A DNA stretch of 49,781 nucleotides. Origin: an uncultured Ruminococcus sp. (GTDB taxonomy: Bacteria; Bacillota; Clostridia; Oscillospirales; Ruminococcaceae). Positions within the stretch are counted from its first letter, which is position 1. The number at the start of each line of letters is the position of its first letter. The stretch covers positions 1-49,781 of the forward strand of contig CASFZT010000002.1 of NCBI GenBank assembly GCA_949299215.1. Direction: 5' to 3'. A model generated the notes under the pieces. The model was not told the origin of the DNA, ran no database searches, and saw only the letters and a list, made by a program, of their open reading frames with translations. This document shows, piece by piece, positions 16,430 to 27,077 of the stretch. The position numbers and the translations under genes are program-made.

Positions 16430-17578
16430 TTATTGATCAAGATTTTTTCTTACCTGCACAAAGCCTGCGTCAAGCAAAGCAATAGTATCGTTCCAGCGTA
16501 TGTCAGAAGCTTCTGCACCGAATACTATGCAGATAAGCTGATGATCGAAACGTTCTGCCGTTGCAACGACACAGTAGCCTGCCTCATCGGTCATGCCCGT
16601 TTTCATGCCGGTAGCATACATATAGTAGCAGTCGCTGTATTCATGGATAAGCTTGTTGTTGTTTTCCCATGAGCATACCTCGCCCGTGAGAAGAGTAACA
16701 TCTTCATAAGGTGTGGACACAGCCTGCATAAGTCTGTCAAATTTCTCCGCATAAAGAGTTATCTTTATCATATCCTTGACGGTGGTGTAATGATTGTCGT
16801 CATGGAAACCGTCGGGATTTGCAAAATGAGTGTTTTCGCAGCCGAGAAGCTTTGCCGTGCGGTTCATTTCATCAACGAAATTCTGTACGGCTGTTTCGGG
16901 AGAAAGCGTTTCGCTGTTTCCGAGAACGCGTCCTACATTTGCAGCAGCACAGTAAGCAGCGTCATTTCCCGAGGGAAGCATAAGACCGTCAACTATCATA
17001 CCCGTATCAAGCTGCTGACCTTTGCTCAACATAGCAAGGCTTGAGCCGGGATTTACCATGTCCAGTTCATCGCCGACGGTGAATACGAAGTCCTCTTCAA
17101 CGTTGTTAAGTATAACGGCTGAGGAGAGTATTTTTGTGGTGCTGGCAGGGAAGCATTTTTCTTCCGCATTTTTTGCGTATAATACCTCGTCTGCTTCAAC
17201 ATCATATACAATTGCATATTCCGAGCGTATTATCATGTCAATAGGGTATGTATCCTTTAATTTAGGATTTATATGTGATATTTCGATAATTGCCGGATCG
17301 ATTTTGATCTCCTGTTCGGGTTTTGCATCTACGACTGCTACTGCGGTATCATCCTTTTCTATGACGGTAAGATCGTCCTCGGCAGAGGCAAGACAGTCAT
17401 AGTCGTCGGCTATTATTTGGAGCGGCTCGTCCGTCTTGCCGCCGATGGAAACCACAATGATAAGAGAAATGCAAAGCGTGAATGCACCGAGATATGAAGC
17501 AAGCCTTGCACGTGCGGCATTTCTGCGGCGCAGCTGTTCGGGCGAAAGAGGTTTTTTTCTGTGTTTTTTGTTTGCCAT
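16430..17578 (-). CDS. D-alanyl-D-alanine carboxypeptidase (serine type, peptidase S11)
   Basis: 382 aa. It has a TM anchor, an SxxK motif (ASTTKIL) and an SxN motif (PSGND). Confidence 0.85.
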   Translation of the reverse strand: MANKKHRKKPLSPEQLRRRNAARARLASYLGAFTLCISLIIVVSIGGKTDEPLQIIADDYDCLASAEDDLTVIEKDDTAVAVVDAKPEQEIKIDPAIIEISHINPKLKDTYPIDMIIRSEYAIVYDVEADEVLYAKNAEEKCFPASTTKILSSAVILNNVEEDFVFTVGDELDMVNPGSSLAMLSKGQQLDTGMIVDGLMLPSGNDAAYCAAANVGRVLGNSETLSPETAVQNFVDEMNRTAKLLGCENTHFANPDGFHDDNHYTTVKDMIKITLYAEKFDRLMQAVSTPYEDVTLLTGEVCSWENNNKLIHEYSDCYYMYATGMKTGMTDEAGYCVVATAERFDHQLICIVFGAEASDIRWNDTIALLDAGFVQVRKNLDQ

Positions 17579-17630
17579 ATTTAAAAATCAGCTCCTTGTG
17601 AGAAACAGGGAGCGTTCTTCTCCCCGAATT

Positions 17631-17772
17631 ATAACTTAAGCAAGATGTCCCACGCCTCTAAGGCGGCGGTTTCCATATTCAGTTTCAGTTGGATTCAATC
17701 CCCAACTGAAACTTCATCGCAGCTTCGCTGCTGCTTGCCGCGTTGAATGACGGGGCAAGTCCCTTATTGAAT
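17631..17772 (+). repeat. Structured intergenic repeat, full copy A (L-to-R orientation on the + strand)
   Basis: Nearly identical to 19721-19864 and to the reverse complement of 26553-26696. It contains a 14-bp hairpin (AGTTTCAGTTGG.. / ..CCAACTGAAACT), a CCGCC-TCTAA-GGCGG hairpin, and GGCAAG/CTTGCC/GGCAAG segments. Confidence 0.9.
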
Positions 17773-17783
17773 CTTACCTTATT

Positions 17784-17812
17784 ATTATACAGTCAAAATA
17801 TGTGTATGTCAA
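17784..17812 (-). promoter_or_regulatory. Consensus promoter firing into repeat copy A and on to the S11 carboxypeptidase gene
   Basis: The minus strand reads TTGACA-17 nt-TATAAT. The -10 ends 11 nt before the repeat boundary at 17772. Confidence 0.6.
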
Positions 17813-17949
17813 TTACAAAAAAATCCTGAAATCATATGTACAGGCTGTTGACAAATACGCAGCCATTGTTGAATTGCGGAAGCAACGGCATAAAAAGTTA
17901 TAGTTAGGGGGCAGGTATTTAGTCAATATGTTGAATTGCAAAAATATAC

Positions 17950-17978
17950 TTGCTTTTTTTTGTGAAAAAAGGTATAAT
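17950..17978 (+). promoter_or_regulatory. Candidate pyrG promoter
   Basis: TTGCTT-17 nt-TATAAT. Confidence 0.45.
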
Positions 17979-18065
17979 AATACTTAATATTGCAGATTGC
18001 CTCAGAAAGGCATGGATTATAAATATAAAAAAAGGAGGAAGTGCTTCTTCGGGAGCATTAATTGA

Positions 18066-19667
<1,602 letters not shown>

Positions 19668-19720
19668 GGACGGAAAAAATAAATATCGGGCTGCCTTTTT
19701 TATTGGCAGCCTGTTGCTTT

Positions 19721-19864
19721 ATAACTTAGGCAAGATGTTCCCCCGCCTCTAAGGCGGCGGGTTCCATATTCAGTTTCAGTTGGGGTTCAATCCCCAACTG
19801 AAACTTCATCGCAGCTTCGCTGCGTCTTGCCACGTTGAATGACGGGGCAAGACCCTTATTGAAC
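19721..19864 (+). repeat. Structured intergenic repeat, full copy B
   Basis: Same element as copy A, lying between the pyrG stop and the TrkH/KtrB-type gene start. The central hairpin is perfect (AGTTTCAGTTGGGG TTCAA TCCCCAACTGAAACT). Confidence 0.9.
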
Positions 19865-19905
19865 ATATAGTGAAAGGAGAGCCGTGTGAATCGGTTTAGT
19901 ATCAT

Positions 19906-21270
19906 ATGAAAGTGAAGATTAAAAATAAACAGTATCGTCCGTCAACAGTAATTTCGTTAAGTCTTATTGCGGTGATAGCAGTGGGAACATTTTTGCTGAC
20001 AATGCCGTTTTCATCGGTAAGCAGGGAGTTCACTCCGCCGATAGATGCGTTTTTTACGGCAGTATCTGCGACCTGCGTGACGGGACTCAGTATTTATGAT
20101 ACAGGCTCGTACTGGAGTCTTTTCGGACAGATAGTAATTATAATAATGATTCAGATAGGCGGTCTGGGACTTGTAACGATAGCATCTTTTTTCAGATTTA
20201 TGATAAGGAAGAAGATGGAACTGCGTTCAATGCAGGTTGCTTCGGAGTCTGTGAATACATCCGGCTTTTATGATGTAAAGGAACTTGTGAGACATGTAAT
20301 AAAGGTAACGTTTTTCTGTGAGATAACAGGTGCAGTGCTGCTTTGCGCAGCATTTATCCCGAAATATGGAGTACTTAAAGGTATATATATATCCGTATAT
20401 ACCGCTGTTTCCGCATTTTGCAATGCAGGCTTTGATGTTATGGGACTTGTTGAAGAACCGGGCTCGGGGCTTGCTTCCTGCGCCGATAATCCGCTCGTTG
20501 TTATAGTTACCTGTATGCTTATAAGCGCAGGCGGACTTGGATTTTATGTGTGGCAGGATATCATGACTTATCGCAGTAAGAAAAGACTTTCTTTACAGTC
20601 AAAGCTTGTTATATATTTTACGCTTGCATTAATAATCTTAGGTATGGTAACTACTCTTGTTATTGAATGGAATAATGAAAATACTATTGGAAATGAAAGC
20701 GTTATACAAAAGATTGCACATGGATTTTTCTATTCCGTAGCAATGAGAACGGCAGGTTTTGCTACATTTGATCCGGCTGAGCTGATGCCTCTTATGAAAA
20801 TTTTTTCAATCGGTTTTATGTTTATAGGCGGTGCGCCCGGTTCTACTGCCGGCGGAATCAAGATCACTACATTTGCGGTTGTTGTAATGACTGTTGTCAG
20901 CGTGATAAGAGGCAAGTCGGATACAGTTATCATGGGCAGAAAGGTTGACAAGGATCTGGTTTATAAATCTCTTTCCATTATTGTTATTTTCTTCACGCTT
21001 ATTCTGGTTACATCTATTGTTATATTTTATGTATCTACCGATATTGATGGAGTAGATGTCGCATATGAAGTCACATCAGCAATGGCTACAGTGGGCTATA
21101 CCGCAGGAGTAAGTGCGGAAGGCGGCGTGTGGTCAAAGCTGCTGCTTGCGCTTAATATGTTTATAGGACGTATAGGACCAATATCATTTGCGATCGCATT
21201 TTCATCGGGATACGGAAATACAAAGAGCAAAAATGAAGTATATCCGGAAGCAAAGCTTATGATAGGCTGA
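19906..21270 (+). CDS. TrkH/KtrB family potassium uptake membrane protein
   Basis: 454 aa and polytopic, with repeated selectivity-filter-like GG segments (IQIGGLG, AGFATF, GGAPGSTAGGIK). No TrkA/KtrA partner is adjacent. Confidence 0.85.
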   Translation: MKVKIKNKQYRPSTVISLSLIAVIAVGTFLLTMPFSSVSREFTPPIDAFFTAVSATCVTGLSIYDTGSYWSLFGQIVIIIMIQIGGLGLVTIASFFRFMIRKKMELRSMQVASESVNTSGFYDVKELVRHVIKVTFFCEITGAVLLCAAFIPKYGVLKGIYISVYTAVSAFCNAGFDVMGLVEEPGSGLASCADNPLVVIVTCMLISAGGLGFYVWQDIMTYRSKKRLSLQSKLVIYFTLALIILGMVTTLVIEWNNENTIGNESVIQKIAHGFFYSVAMRTAGFATFDPAELMPLMKIFSIGFMFIGGAPGSTAGGIKITTFAVVVMTVVSVIRGKSDTVIMGRKVDKDLVYKSLSIIVIFFTLILVTSIVIFYVSTDIDGVDVAYEVTSAMATVGYTAGVSAEGGVWSKLLLALNMFIGRIGPISFAIAFSSGYGNTKSKNEVYPEAKLMIG

Positions 21271-21289
21271 TTTAAGGAGAAGATAATAG

Positions 21290-22024
21290 ATGTCGGAATT
21301 TTCTTTTGAGCCTTTGCAAAATGGATTGGAGATATGTGTTTCCAAGGAGCATAAATTCGGAACGGACGCATTTTTGCTTGCTGATTTTGCAAGACCGAGA
21401 CATAAGGATAAGGTATGCGATCTTGGTACAGGCTGCGGAATAATACCTATGCTGATGCATATAAAATTTTCTCCTGCGGAAATTTACGGAGTGGATATAC
21501 AAAAGCAGGCGATAGAGCAGTTTATGCTTACCAAAGAAAAAAGCGGACTGGACAATATAAAACCAATATGTGCCGATTTAAAGGAATTGTGGGAGAATTG
21601 TCCGAAAGGAAGCTTTGACGTGGTTACCTGCAATCCTCCGTATAAGGCGGCAAATGCAGGTATAGAAAGCATGGGCGAGGCACAGAAAATAGCAAGACAT
21701 GAGATATTGTGCAATATAAATGACGTTTGCAGAGCGGCGGCAAGACTTCTGAAATTCGGCGGCAGACTTTGTATATGCAACCGTCCCGAAAGACTTGCGG
21801 ATGTTATCTGTGCAATGAGAGCAAATAATATAGAGCCTAAGCTGCTGCGATTTGTAAGCAAAAATCCGGAAAACGCAAGCTGGCTGTTTTTGATAGAAGG
21901 CAGACTTGGAGGTAAACCGTTTATGAAAGTTATGCAGCCCCTTTTTGTAAGTGACGGAGAGGGATTTTCAAAGGAACTGCTTGAAATTTACGGCGGAGAA
22001 AAAGGTGAAAAGGCATATGACTAA
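21290..22024 (+). CDS. Class I SAM-dependent methyltransferase, tRNA1(Val) m6A37 (YfiC/TrmN6)-like
   Basis: 244 aa with the SAM motif DLGTGCG and the NPPY motif (TCNPPYK). Confidence 0.75.
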   Translation: MSEFSFEPLQNGLEICVSKEHKFGTDAFLLADFARPRHKDKVCDLGTGCGIIPMLMHIKFSPAEIYGVDIQKQAIEQFMLTKEKSGLDNIKPICADLKELWENCPKGSFDVVTCNPPYKAANAGIESMGEAQKIARHEILCNINDVCRAAARLLKFGGRLCICNRPERLADVICAMRANNIEPKLLRFVSKNPENASWLFLIEGRLGGKPFMKVMQPLFVSDGEGFSKELLEIYGGEKGEKAYD

Positions 22025-22667
22025 AAAAGAACGTGCGCTTTTGTGTATAGAGGGACTGGAGGAAATTTATCCTGAGGCGTTATGCTCGCTGGTGTATTCA
22101 CAGCCGTATGAGCTTATGATAGCAGGACGGCTTTCCGCTCAATGTACAGATGCAAGAGTCAATATAGTAACGAAGGTGCTTTTTGAGAAATACCCTACCT
22201 TAAAATCATTTGCCGATGCAAATGTCGAAGATGTTGCAGAGATAGTAAAGCCATGCGGATTGTATAAGACAAAGGCAAAAAGTATAGTTGAAATGGCGCA
22301 TAAGCTTTATTACGAGATGGACGGAGTTATCCCCAAAACCATAGAAGAGCTTACAACGCTTTCAGGTATAGGCAGAAAGACCGCAAATCTTATTATGGGA
22401 GATGTTCATCATCTGCCTGCAATAGTTACTGATACGCATTGTATAAGGATATGCGGAAGATTGAAGCTTACCGATAATACGGCGCCCGAGACTGTGGAAA
22501 AAGACCTGCTGAAAATAATACCGCCCGATAAAGGCTCGGATTTTTGCCATAGGCTGGTGCTTTTCGGACGTGACTGTTGTACGGCAAGGTCGCCGAAGTG
22601 CAGCGAGTGTAAATTGAAAGAGTATCTTAATTCCGACGGACGGAAATTCACCTGTCGGCTAAAGTGA
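22017..22667 (+). CDS. nth: Endonuclease III
   Basis: It has HhH-GPD (LSGIGRKTANLI, VTDTH) and a C-terminal Cys cluster. ATG 22017 overlaps the upstream stop (ATGACTAA). The track ORF starts further upstream, inside the previous gene. Confidence 0.88.
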   Translation: MTKKERALLCIEGLEEIYPEALCSLVYSQPYELMIAGRLSAQCTDARVNIVTKVLFEKYPTLKSFADANVEDVAEIVKPCGLYKTKAKSIVEMAHKLYYEMDGVIPKTIEELTTLSGIGRKTANLIMGDVHHLPAIVTDTHCIRICGRLKLTDNTAPETVEKDLLKIIPPDKGSDFCHRLVLFGRDCCTARSPKCSECKLKEYLNSDGRKFTCRLK

Positions 22668-22681
22668 TAAGGATTGTTTTT

Positions 22682-24523
22682 ATGGATAAATTTGAAGTCC
22701 TGGCGCAGTATTTCGGACATAGGGAATTCAGGAACGGTCAGGAAGAGATAATAGATAATATTTTAAGTGGAAGAGATGTATTGGGAATAATGCCTACGGG
22801 TGCAGGAAAATCTGTTTGTTATCAGGTGCCTGCACTTATGTTGGAAGGGATCACGATCGTTATTTCTCCGCTTATTTCGCTTATGAAGGATCAGGTAAAC
22901 TCACTTGTTCATTCGGGTGTGTCTGCGGCGTATATAAACAGCTCGTTAAGCTATCCGCAGTATGTTGAAGTGTTCAGAAGAGCAAACAGCGGAATGTACA
23001 AGATAATATATGTTGCGCCTGAAAGGCTCGGTACGGACGAGTTTATCTTATTTGCGGAAAGGGTCAGGATATCAATGATAACCGTTGATGAAGCGCATTG
23101 CATCTCAAAATGGGGACAGGATTTCAGACCGAGCTACCTTAAGATCACCGAATTTATAGAGCGTCTTTCATACAGACCGATAGTCGGTGCGTTTACGGCA
23201 ACAGCGACCGACACCGTAAAACAGGATATAGTAGATATATTAAGGCTTGAAGAACCGTTTTCGATAACAACAGGTTTTGACAGACAGAATCTGTTTTTTG
23301 AAGTGCGCAGACCAACGCATAAGCTTGATGAGCTTATCTCAATTATGAATGAAAATAAGGACAAGTGCAGTATCGTTTATTGCGCCACAAGAAAAAATGT
23401 TGAGATGGTTTATGAAGAGCTGTGCAAGGAAGGCTTTGCGGCAACAAGATATCACGCAGGTCTTTCGGATGATGAGCGGCGTAAAAATCAGGACGATTTT
23501 ATTTATGACAGGAAGAATATTATGGTTGCGACAAACGCTTTCGGTATGGGTATAGACAAATCGAATGTGTCGCTTGTGGTGCATTATAATATGCCTAAGG
23601 ATCCCGAAAGCTATTACCAGGAAGCAGGAAGAGCTGGACGTGACGGTGAGCCTGCAAGCTGTATATTGCTGTACAGCGGACAGGACGTTATTACAAATAG
23701 ATTCCTTATTGATAATTCGGGCGAGGATAATGAGGAGCTTAGCGATGAACTGCGTGAGGAACTGCGCAGGCGTGACCTTGAGCGTCTTAAAATAATGACC
23801 TTTTATTCTACCACGACCGATTGTCTGAGAGGTTTTATACTTAAATATTTCGGAGAAAAGCCGCCATTGTTTTGCGGAGGCTGCTCCAATTGCTGCCGTG
23901 ATTTTGAAACAAAAAATATAATTACGGAGGCGCAGAAAATAGTGTCCTGCATTTACAGAGTGTATAAGCTGAACGGCAGGAGTGTCGGAAAATCCACCAT
24001 TGCCGATATATTGCACGGCTCAAGATCGGAAAAAATAACAAAGTCGGGATATGATAAGCTTTCGACATACGGAATAATGTCCGATACATCGGTTCATATG
24101 ATAAGAAATATTATAGATTTTCTTATTGAAAAGGAGTATATTGCCGTTACACAGGGTGAGTATCCTGTCCTTGTAGCTACAAAGAACACCGCACCTATCA
24201 TAACGGAAATGCCCGAGATACTTATGAAGCTGCCCAAAGAAAGAAAGCCTGTTGTGAAGATTGCGGCTGTTAAAGAAAAAACACCGGCAGTACCCGTCGA
24301 TGAAGCACTCTTTAATAAGCTTAAAGAACTTCGCTTAAAGCTTGCAATGGAGGAAAAGGTGCCTGCGTATATTATTTTTACAGACGCTGCACTGCGTGAT
24401 ATGTGTCGCAGACTGCCGAAAAATAAAATGGCGTTTCTTGATGTTTCGGGCGTGGGACGCAAAAAGGCGGAGCTTTACGGCGATCGGTTTTTAGAAGTCA
24501 TAAATGCGTATAAAAAAAGATAA
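22682..24523 (+). CDS. recQ: ATP-dependent DNA helicase RecQ
   Basis: It has FGHREFRNGQEE, PTGAGKS and DEAH (VDEAHCISKWGQDFRPSY), plus a zinc-binding region and a C-terminal HRDC domain. The start is either 22682 or 22664. Confidence 0.93.
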   Translation: MDKFEVLAQYFGHREFRNGQEEIIDNILSGRDVLGIMPTGAGKSVCYQVPALMLEGITIVISPLISLMKDQVNSLVHSGVSAAYINSSLSYPQYVEVFRRANSGMYKIIYVAPERLGTDEFILFAERVRISMITVDEAHCISKWGQDFRPSYLKITEFIERLSYRPIVGAFTATATDTVKQDIVDILRLEEPFSITTGFDRQNLFFEVRRPTHKLDELISIMNENKDKCSIVYCATRKNVEMVYEELCKEGFAATRYHAGLSDDERRKNQDDFIYDRKNIMVATNAFGMGIDKSNVSLVVHYNMPKDPESYYQEAGRAGRDGEPASCILLYSGQDVITNRFLIDNSGEDNEELSDELREELRRRDLERLKIMTFYSTTTDCLRGFILKYFGEKPPLFCGGCSNCCRDFETKNIITEAQKIVSCIYRVYKLNGRSVGKSTIADILHGSRSEKITKSGYDKLSTYGIMSDTSVHMIRNIIDFLIEKEYIAVTQGEYPVLVATKNTAPIITEMPEILMKLPKERKPVVKIAAVKEKTPAVPVDEALFNKLKELRLKLAMEEKVPAYIIFTDAALRDMCRRLPKNKMAFLDVSGVGRKKAELYGDRFLEVINAYKKR

Positions 24524-24537
24524 AGGAGAAGCGTTTT

Positions 24538-25428
24538 ATGAGTAAGAAGCAGAATATGACGGAGTTTACAGCATCAAGAAATGCAGGTCTGCTTGAACTG
24601 CTTAAGGAAAACATACACGGCAGGAATAACGCAAAATCCGTTCTTAAGCATGGACTTGTTTCTGTAGACGGAACAGTTACAACAAAGTTTGATTATAAGG
24701 TAAGAGCAGGTCAGACCGTGACAGTTGCAAAATATGTGCCTGAGTACAAGAAAAATATAATTCGTGATATGCCCGATATTATTTATGAGGATGAAAATAT
24801 CGTGGTTATAAATAAGCCTGCGGGACTTTTGTCCATTGCCACTGATAATGAGAAAACAAAAACGGCATATCATATAGTTACGGAGTATGTAAAGCAGAGC
24901 AATAAAAACGGACGTATTTTTATAGTACACCGCCTTGACAGAGATACGTCGGGTATACTTCTTTTTGCAAAGAATGAGAACACCAAGCTTTCACTGCAGG
25001 ATAACTGGGATAAGCTCGTAAAATACAGAGGATATGCAGCACTGATAGAAGGCTGCCCGGAAAATAAAAGCAAACGAATAGAGTCATGGCTGCGTGAAAC
25101 GGAAAGCTGCTTTGTATTTTCCGCAAGAAATAAGGGCGAGGGCAAGCACGCCGTTACAAATTACGATATAGTGAGAACAAGCAGGAATTATTCTCTTGCG
25201 GCGATCAACATTGAAACGGGAAGAAAGAATCAGATACGTGTGCATATGAGTGAAATGGGTTGCCCCGTTGCAGGTGATAAGAAATACGGTGCAAAGACAA
25301 ATCCCATACACCGTCTTGCACTTCAGGCGGACCTGCTTCGCATAGAACTGCCCTATCTTGGGGAAATAAAGGAATTCAAGCTGCCCGTTGAGAAGAAATT
25401 TTTATATTGTATGAAGAATGATAAATGA
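24538..25428 (+). CDS. RluA-family pseudouridine synthase with an N-terminal S4 domain
   Basis: 296 aa with the catalytic HRLDRDTSG motif. Confidence 0.88.
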   Translation: MSKKQNMTEFTASRNAGLLELLKENIHGRNNAKSVLKHGLVSVDGTVTTKFDYKVRAGQTVTVAKYVPEYKKNIIRDMPDIIYEDENIVVINKPAGLLSIATDNEKTKTAYHIVTEYVKQSNKNGRIFIVHRLDRDTSGILLFAKNENTKLSLQDNWDKLVKYRGYAALIEGCPENKSKRIESWLRETESCFVFSARNKGEGKHAVTNYDIVRTSRNYSLAAINIETGRKNQIRVHMSEMGCPVAGDKKYGAKTNPIHRLALQADLLRIELPYLGEIKEFKLPVEKKFLYCMKNDK

Positions 25429-25430
25429 AA

Positions 25431-25470
25431 AAAGCATCAGCCGCTTGTATACGGTCTGATGCTTTTGATT
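25431..25470 (+). terminator. Intrinsic terminator after the pseudouridine synthase gene
   Basis: The stem AGCATCAG/CTGATGCT is followed by TTTTGATTT. Confidence 0.6.
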
Positions 25471-25495
25471 TCAATAAGGGGCTTGCTCCGTCATT
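25469..25495 (-). repeat. R-end module of the intergenic repeat (fragment D)
   Basis: TTCAATAAGGGGCTTGCTCCGTCATT matches the R end of the full copies. It abuts the stop codon of the M15 peptidase gene. Confidence 0.8.
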
Positions 25496-26426
25496 ATACG
25501 ATAATTGATACCTTCTGCTCCGAACGTGTTTCGGTCGGCTGTGCAGCGTCGGGAACAGTCGTGACAGTAGGTTCTTCTTGCGGCAGTTCGACGGGACCCG
25601 TCATTTTTATGGCTTTGCCGTTTTCATCAAGCCAGCCCTGCTCTTCAAAGTATTCTTCAAGACAAAGTCCGCTTTCCTTTATCTCGTTTGCATAATATAT
25701 TCCCACAAAACGATAGTGCCACGGCTCGTAGATAATGCCGGTGATGTCCTCCTTGCCCTCGGGGTATCGTAGTATGAAGCCGTATTCCGCAGCGTGCTCC
25801 GAAAGCCATGCATAAGCCTCGGTATTTTTGAAACCGTCATCATCCATGCTTGTGTATTCGGGGGACATTATGTCTGCGGAAAGACCGGCGTTATGCTCGC
25901 TCTTGCCGGGAAATGCAACTTCCTTTGCGGTGTCGGCATAAGCCTCGTCATATGTCATGCCGGAGTCTATACGCTGCTGTACGCTGTTGTCAAAATTCTG
26001 CTGCTGATATTCTATGGTGCGGTATGCGGAAACGACTTCAAGAGTTATGCCGTCTGCCTTTGCCGCTTCAAGCATATTGGTCATATATTTTGCCATACGC
26101 GAGTCCATGTAATATTCACGCCAGCTTGTGTAGACAAGAGATGTTTCGATAATGCTGTCATAATTGTCAGGAAGCGGGTTCTGATTATTTACAAGGAACA
26201 TTGCCCATTCGTTGTCTATGTTCACTTTTTCCTCCTTTGGTGCGGTCGTGATTATTGAGGTCACGGGCGTTGTGAGTTCTTCCTCTTCATTGTTTTTTGC
26301 GGTAGAGGTAAATCTTGTAAGTAAAAATACGACTGCAAAGAGTATAACGGTCGCAATAAATAAGTATTTGGTACCGCTTAAAATTATGACATTATTTTTA
26401 TTTTTTTTTCTGTATCCCTTTTTCAT
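25494..26426 (-). CDS. D-alanyl-D-alanine carboxypeptidase, peptidase M15B (VanY-like)
   Basis: 310 aa with a TM anchor, the SEHNAGLSADI motif (SxHxxGxAxD) and EPWHYRFVG. Confidence 0.85.
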   Translation of the reverse strand: MKKGYRKKNKNNVIILSGTKYLFIATVILFAVVFLLTRFTSTAKNNEEEELTTPVTSIITTAPKEEKVNIDNEWAMFLVNNQNPLPDNYDSIIETSLVYTSWREYYMDSRMAKYMTNMLEAAKADGITLEVVSAYRTIEYQQQNFDNSVQQRIDSGMTYDEAYADTAKEVAFPGKSEHNAGLSADIMSPEYTSMDDDGFKNTEAYAWLSEHAAEYGFILRYPEGKEDITGIIYEPWHYRFVGIYYANEIKESGLCLEEYFEEQGWLDENGKAIKMTGPVELPQEEPTVTTVPDAAQPTETRSEQKVSIIV

Positions 26427-26520
26427 GAGCCTGTCCTTTCAGAAATTAATAAATTCATTATATCATTTTGCAGCGGATATTTCAACAGGTATTTATAAAA
26501 AAACAGCACGATTTTACCGA

Positions 26521-26549
26521 TTGACGAGGGGCGGATTTTGTGATATTAT
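26521..26549 (+). promoter_or_regulatory. Extended -10 promoter firing directly into repeat copy C and on to the DUF3795 gene
   Basis: TTGACG-17 nt-TATTAT with an upstream TGA (TGn). The -10 ends 3 nt before the repeat boundary at 26553. Confidence 0.55.
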
Positions 26550-26552
26550 TGT

Positions 26553-26696
26553 ATTCAATAAGGGGCTTGCCCCGTCATTCAATGCGGCAAGCCGCAGCGA
26601 AGCTGCGATGAAGCTTCAGTTGGGGATTGAACCCCAACTGAAACTGAATATGGACCCCGCCGCCTTAGAGGTGGGGGGACATCTTGCCTAAGTTAT
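26553..26696 (-). repeat. Structured intergenic repeat, full copy C (inverted relative to A and B)
   Basis: Its reverse complement aligns end to end with copies A and B. It occupies essentially the whole 5' UTR of the 26721 gene. Confidence 0.9.
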
Positions 26697-26720
26697 TACA
26701 TATGTAAAGGAGCTTAAGTT

Positions 26721-27071
26721 ATGGATATGGTTTCCTGCTGTGGGATCATGTGTGCGGAATGTCCTGTGTATATTGCAACCGAAAAGGACGACGAGACTAT
26801 GAAAAAATATCTTGCCTTGGAGTATAGCTTTGGCGGCGTGAAATTTTATCCAAAGGATATCTGCTGCCATGGGTGCCTTACCGTTTCGGCAGATCATAAT
26901 AAATTCGGAAAGAACTGCGAAATAAGAAAATGCTGCAAGGTGCATGGGATACGGCTTTGTGCGGAGTGTAAGGAATTCCCGTGTGAAAAGACGGAGGAAT
27001 TTGTGCCTAAGGGCAGTGAGCAGAGAAACAGACTTGAAGAAATGCATAAGGCTTGCGAAAATTTGCTTTAG
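26721..27071 (+). CDS. Cys-rich DUF3795-like protein
   Basis: 116 aa with multiple CxxC motifs (CCGIMCAECPVY, CCHGC, CAECKEFPC). An RBS (AAAGGAG) lies 8 nt upstream. Confidence 0.75.
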   Translation: MDMVSCCGIMCAECPVYIATEKDDETMKKYLALEYSFGGVKFYPKDICCHGCLTVSADHNKFGKNCEIRKCCKVHGIRLCAECKEFPCEKTEEFVPKGSEQRNRLEEMHKACENLL

Positions 27072-27077
27072 AATACT

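Noticed and set aside
19755-19800. The central hairpin of the repeat as a tRNA fragment or tRNA-derived SINE, because GGGGTTCAATCCCC resembles a T-arm
   Set aside because: The loop is 5-6 nt rather than the canonical 7 (TTCAAAT). No acceptor, D or anticodon arm equivalents flank it. The resemblance is noted inside the repeat finding but is not called as tRNA-derived.
26212-26691. 159-aa plus-strand ORF running across repeat copy C
   Set aside because: It starts inside the VanY-like gene on the antisense strand and reads through the promoter and the non-coding repeat. The repeat is found in both orientations and as fragments, which is incompatible with coding.
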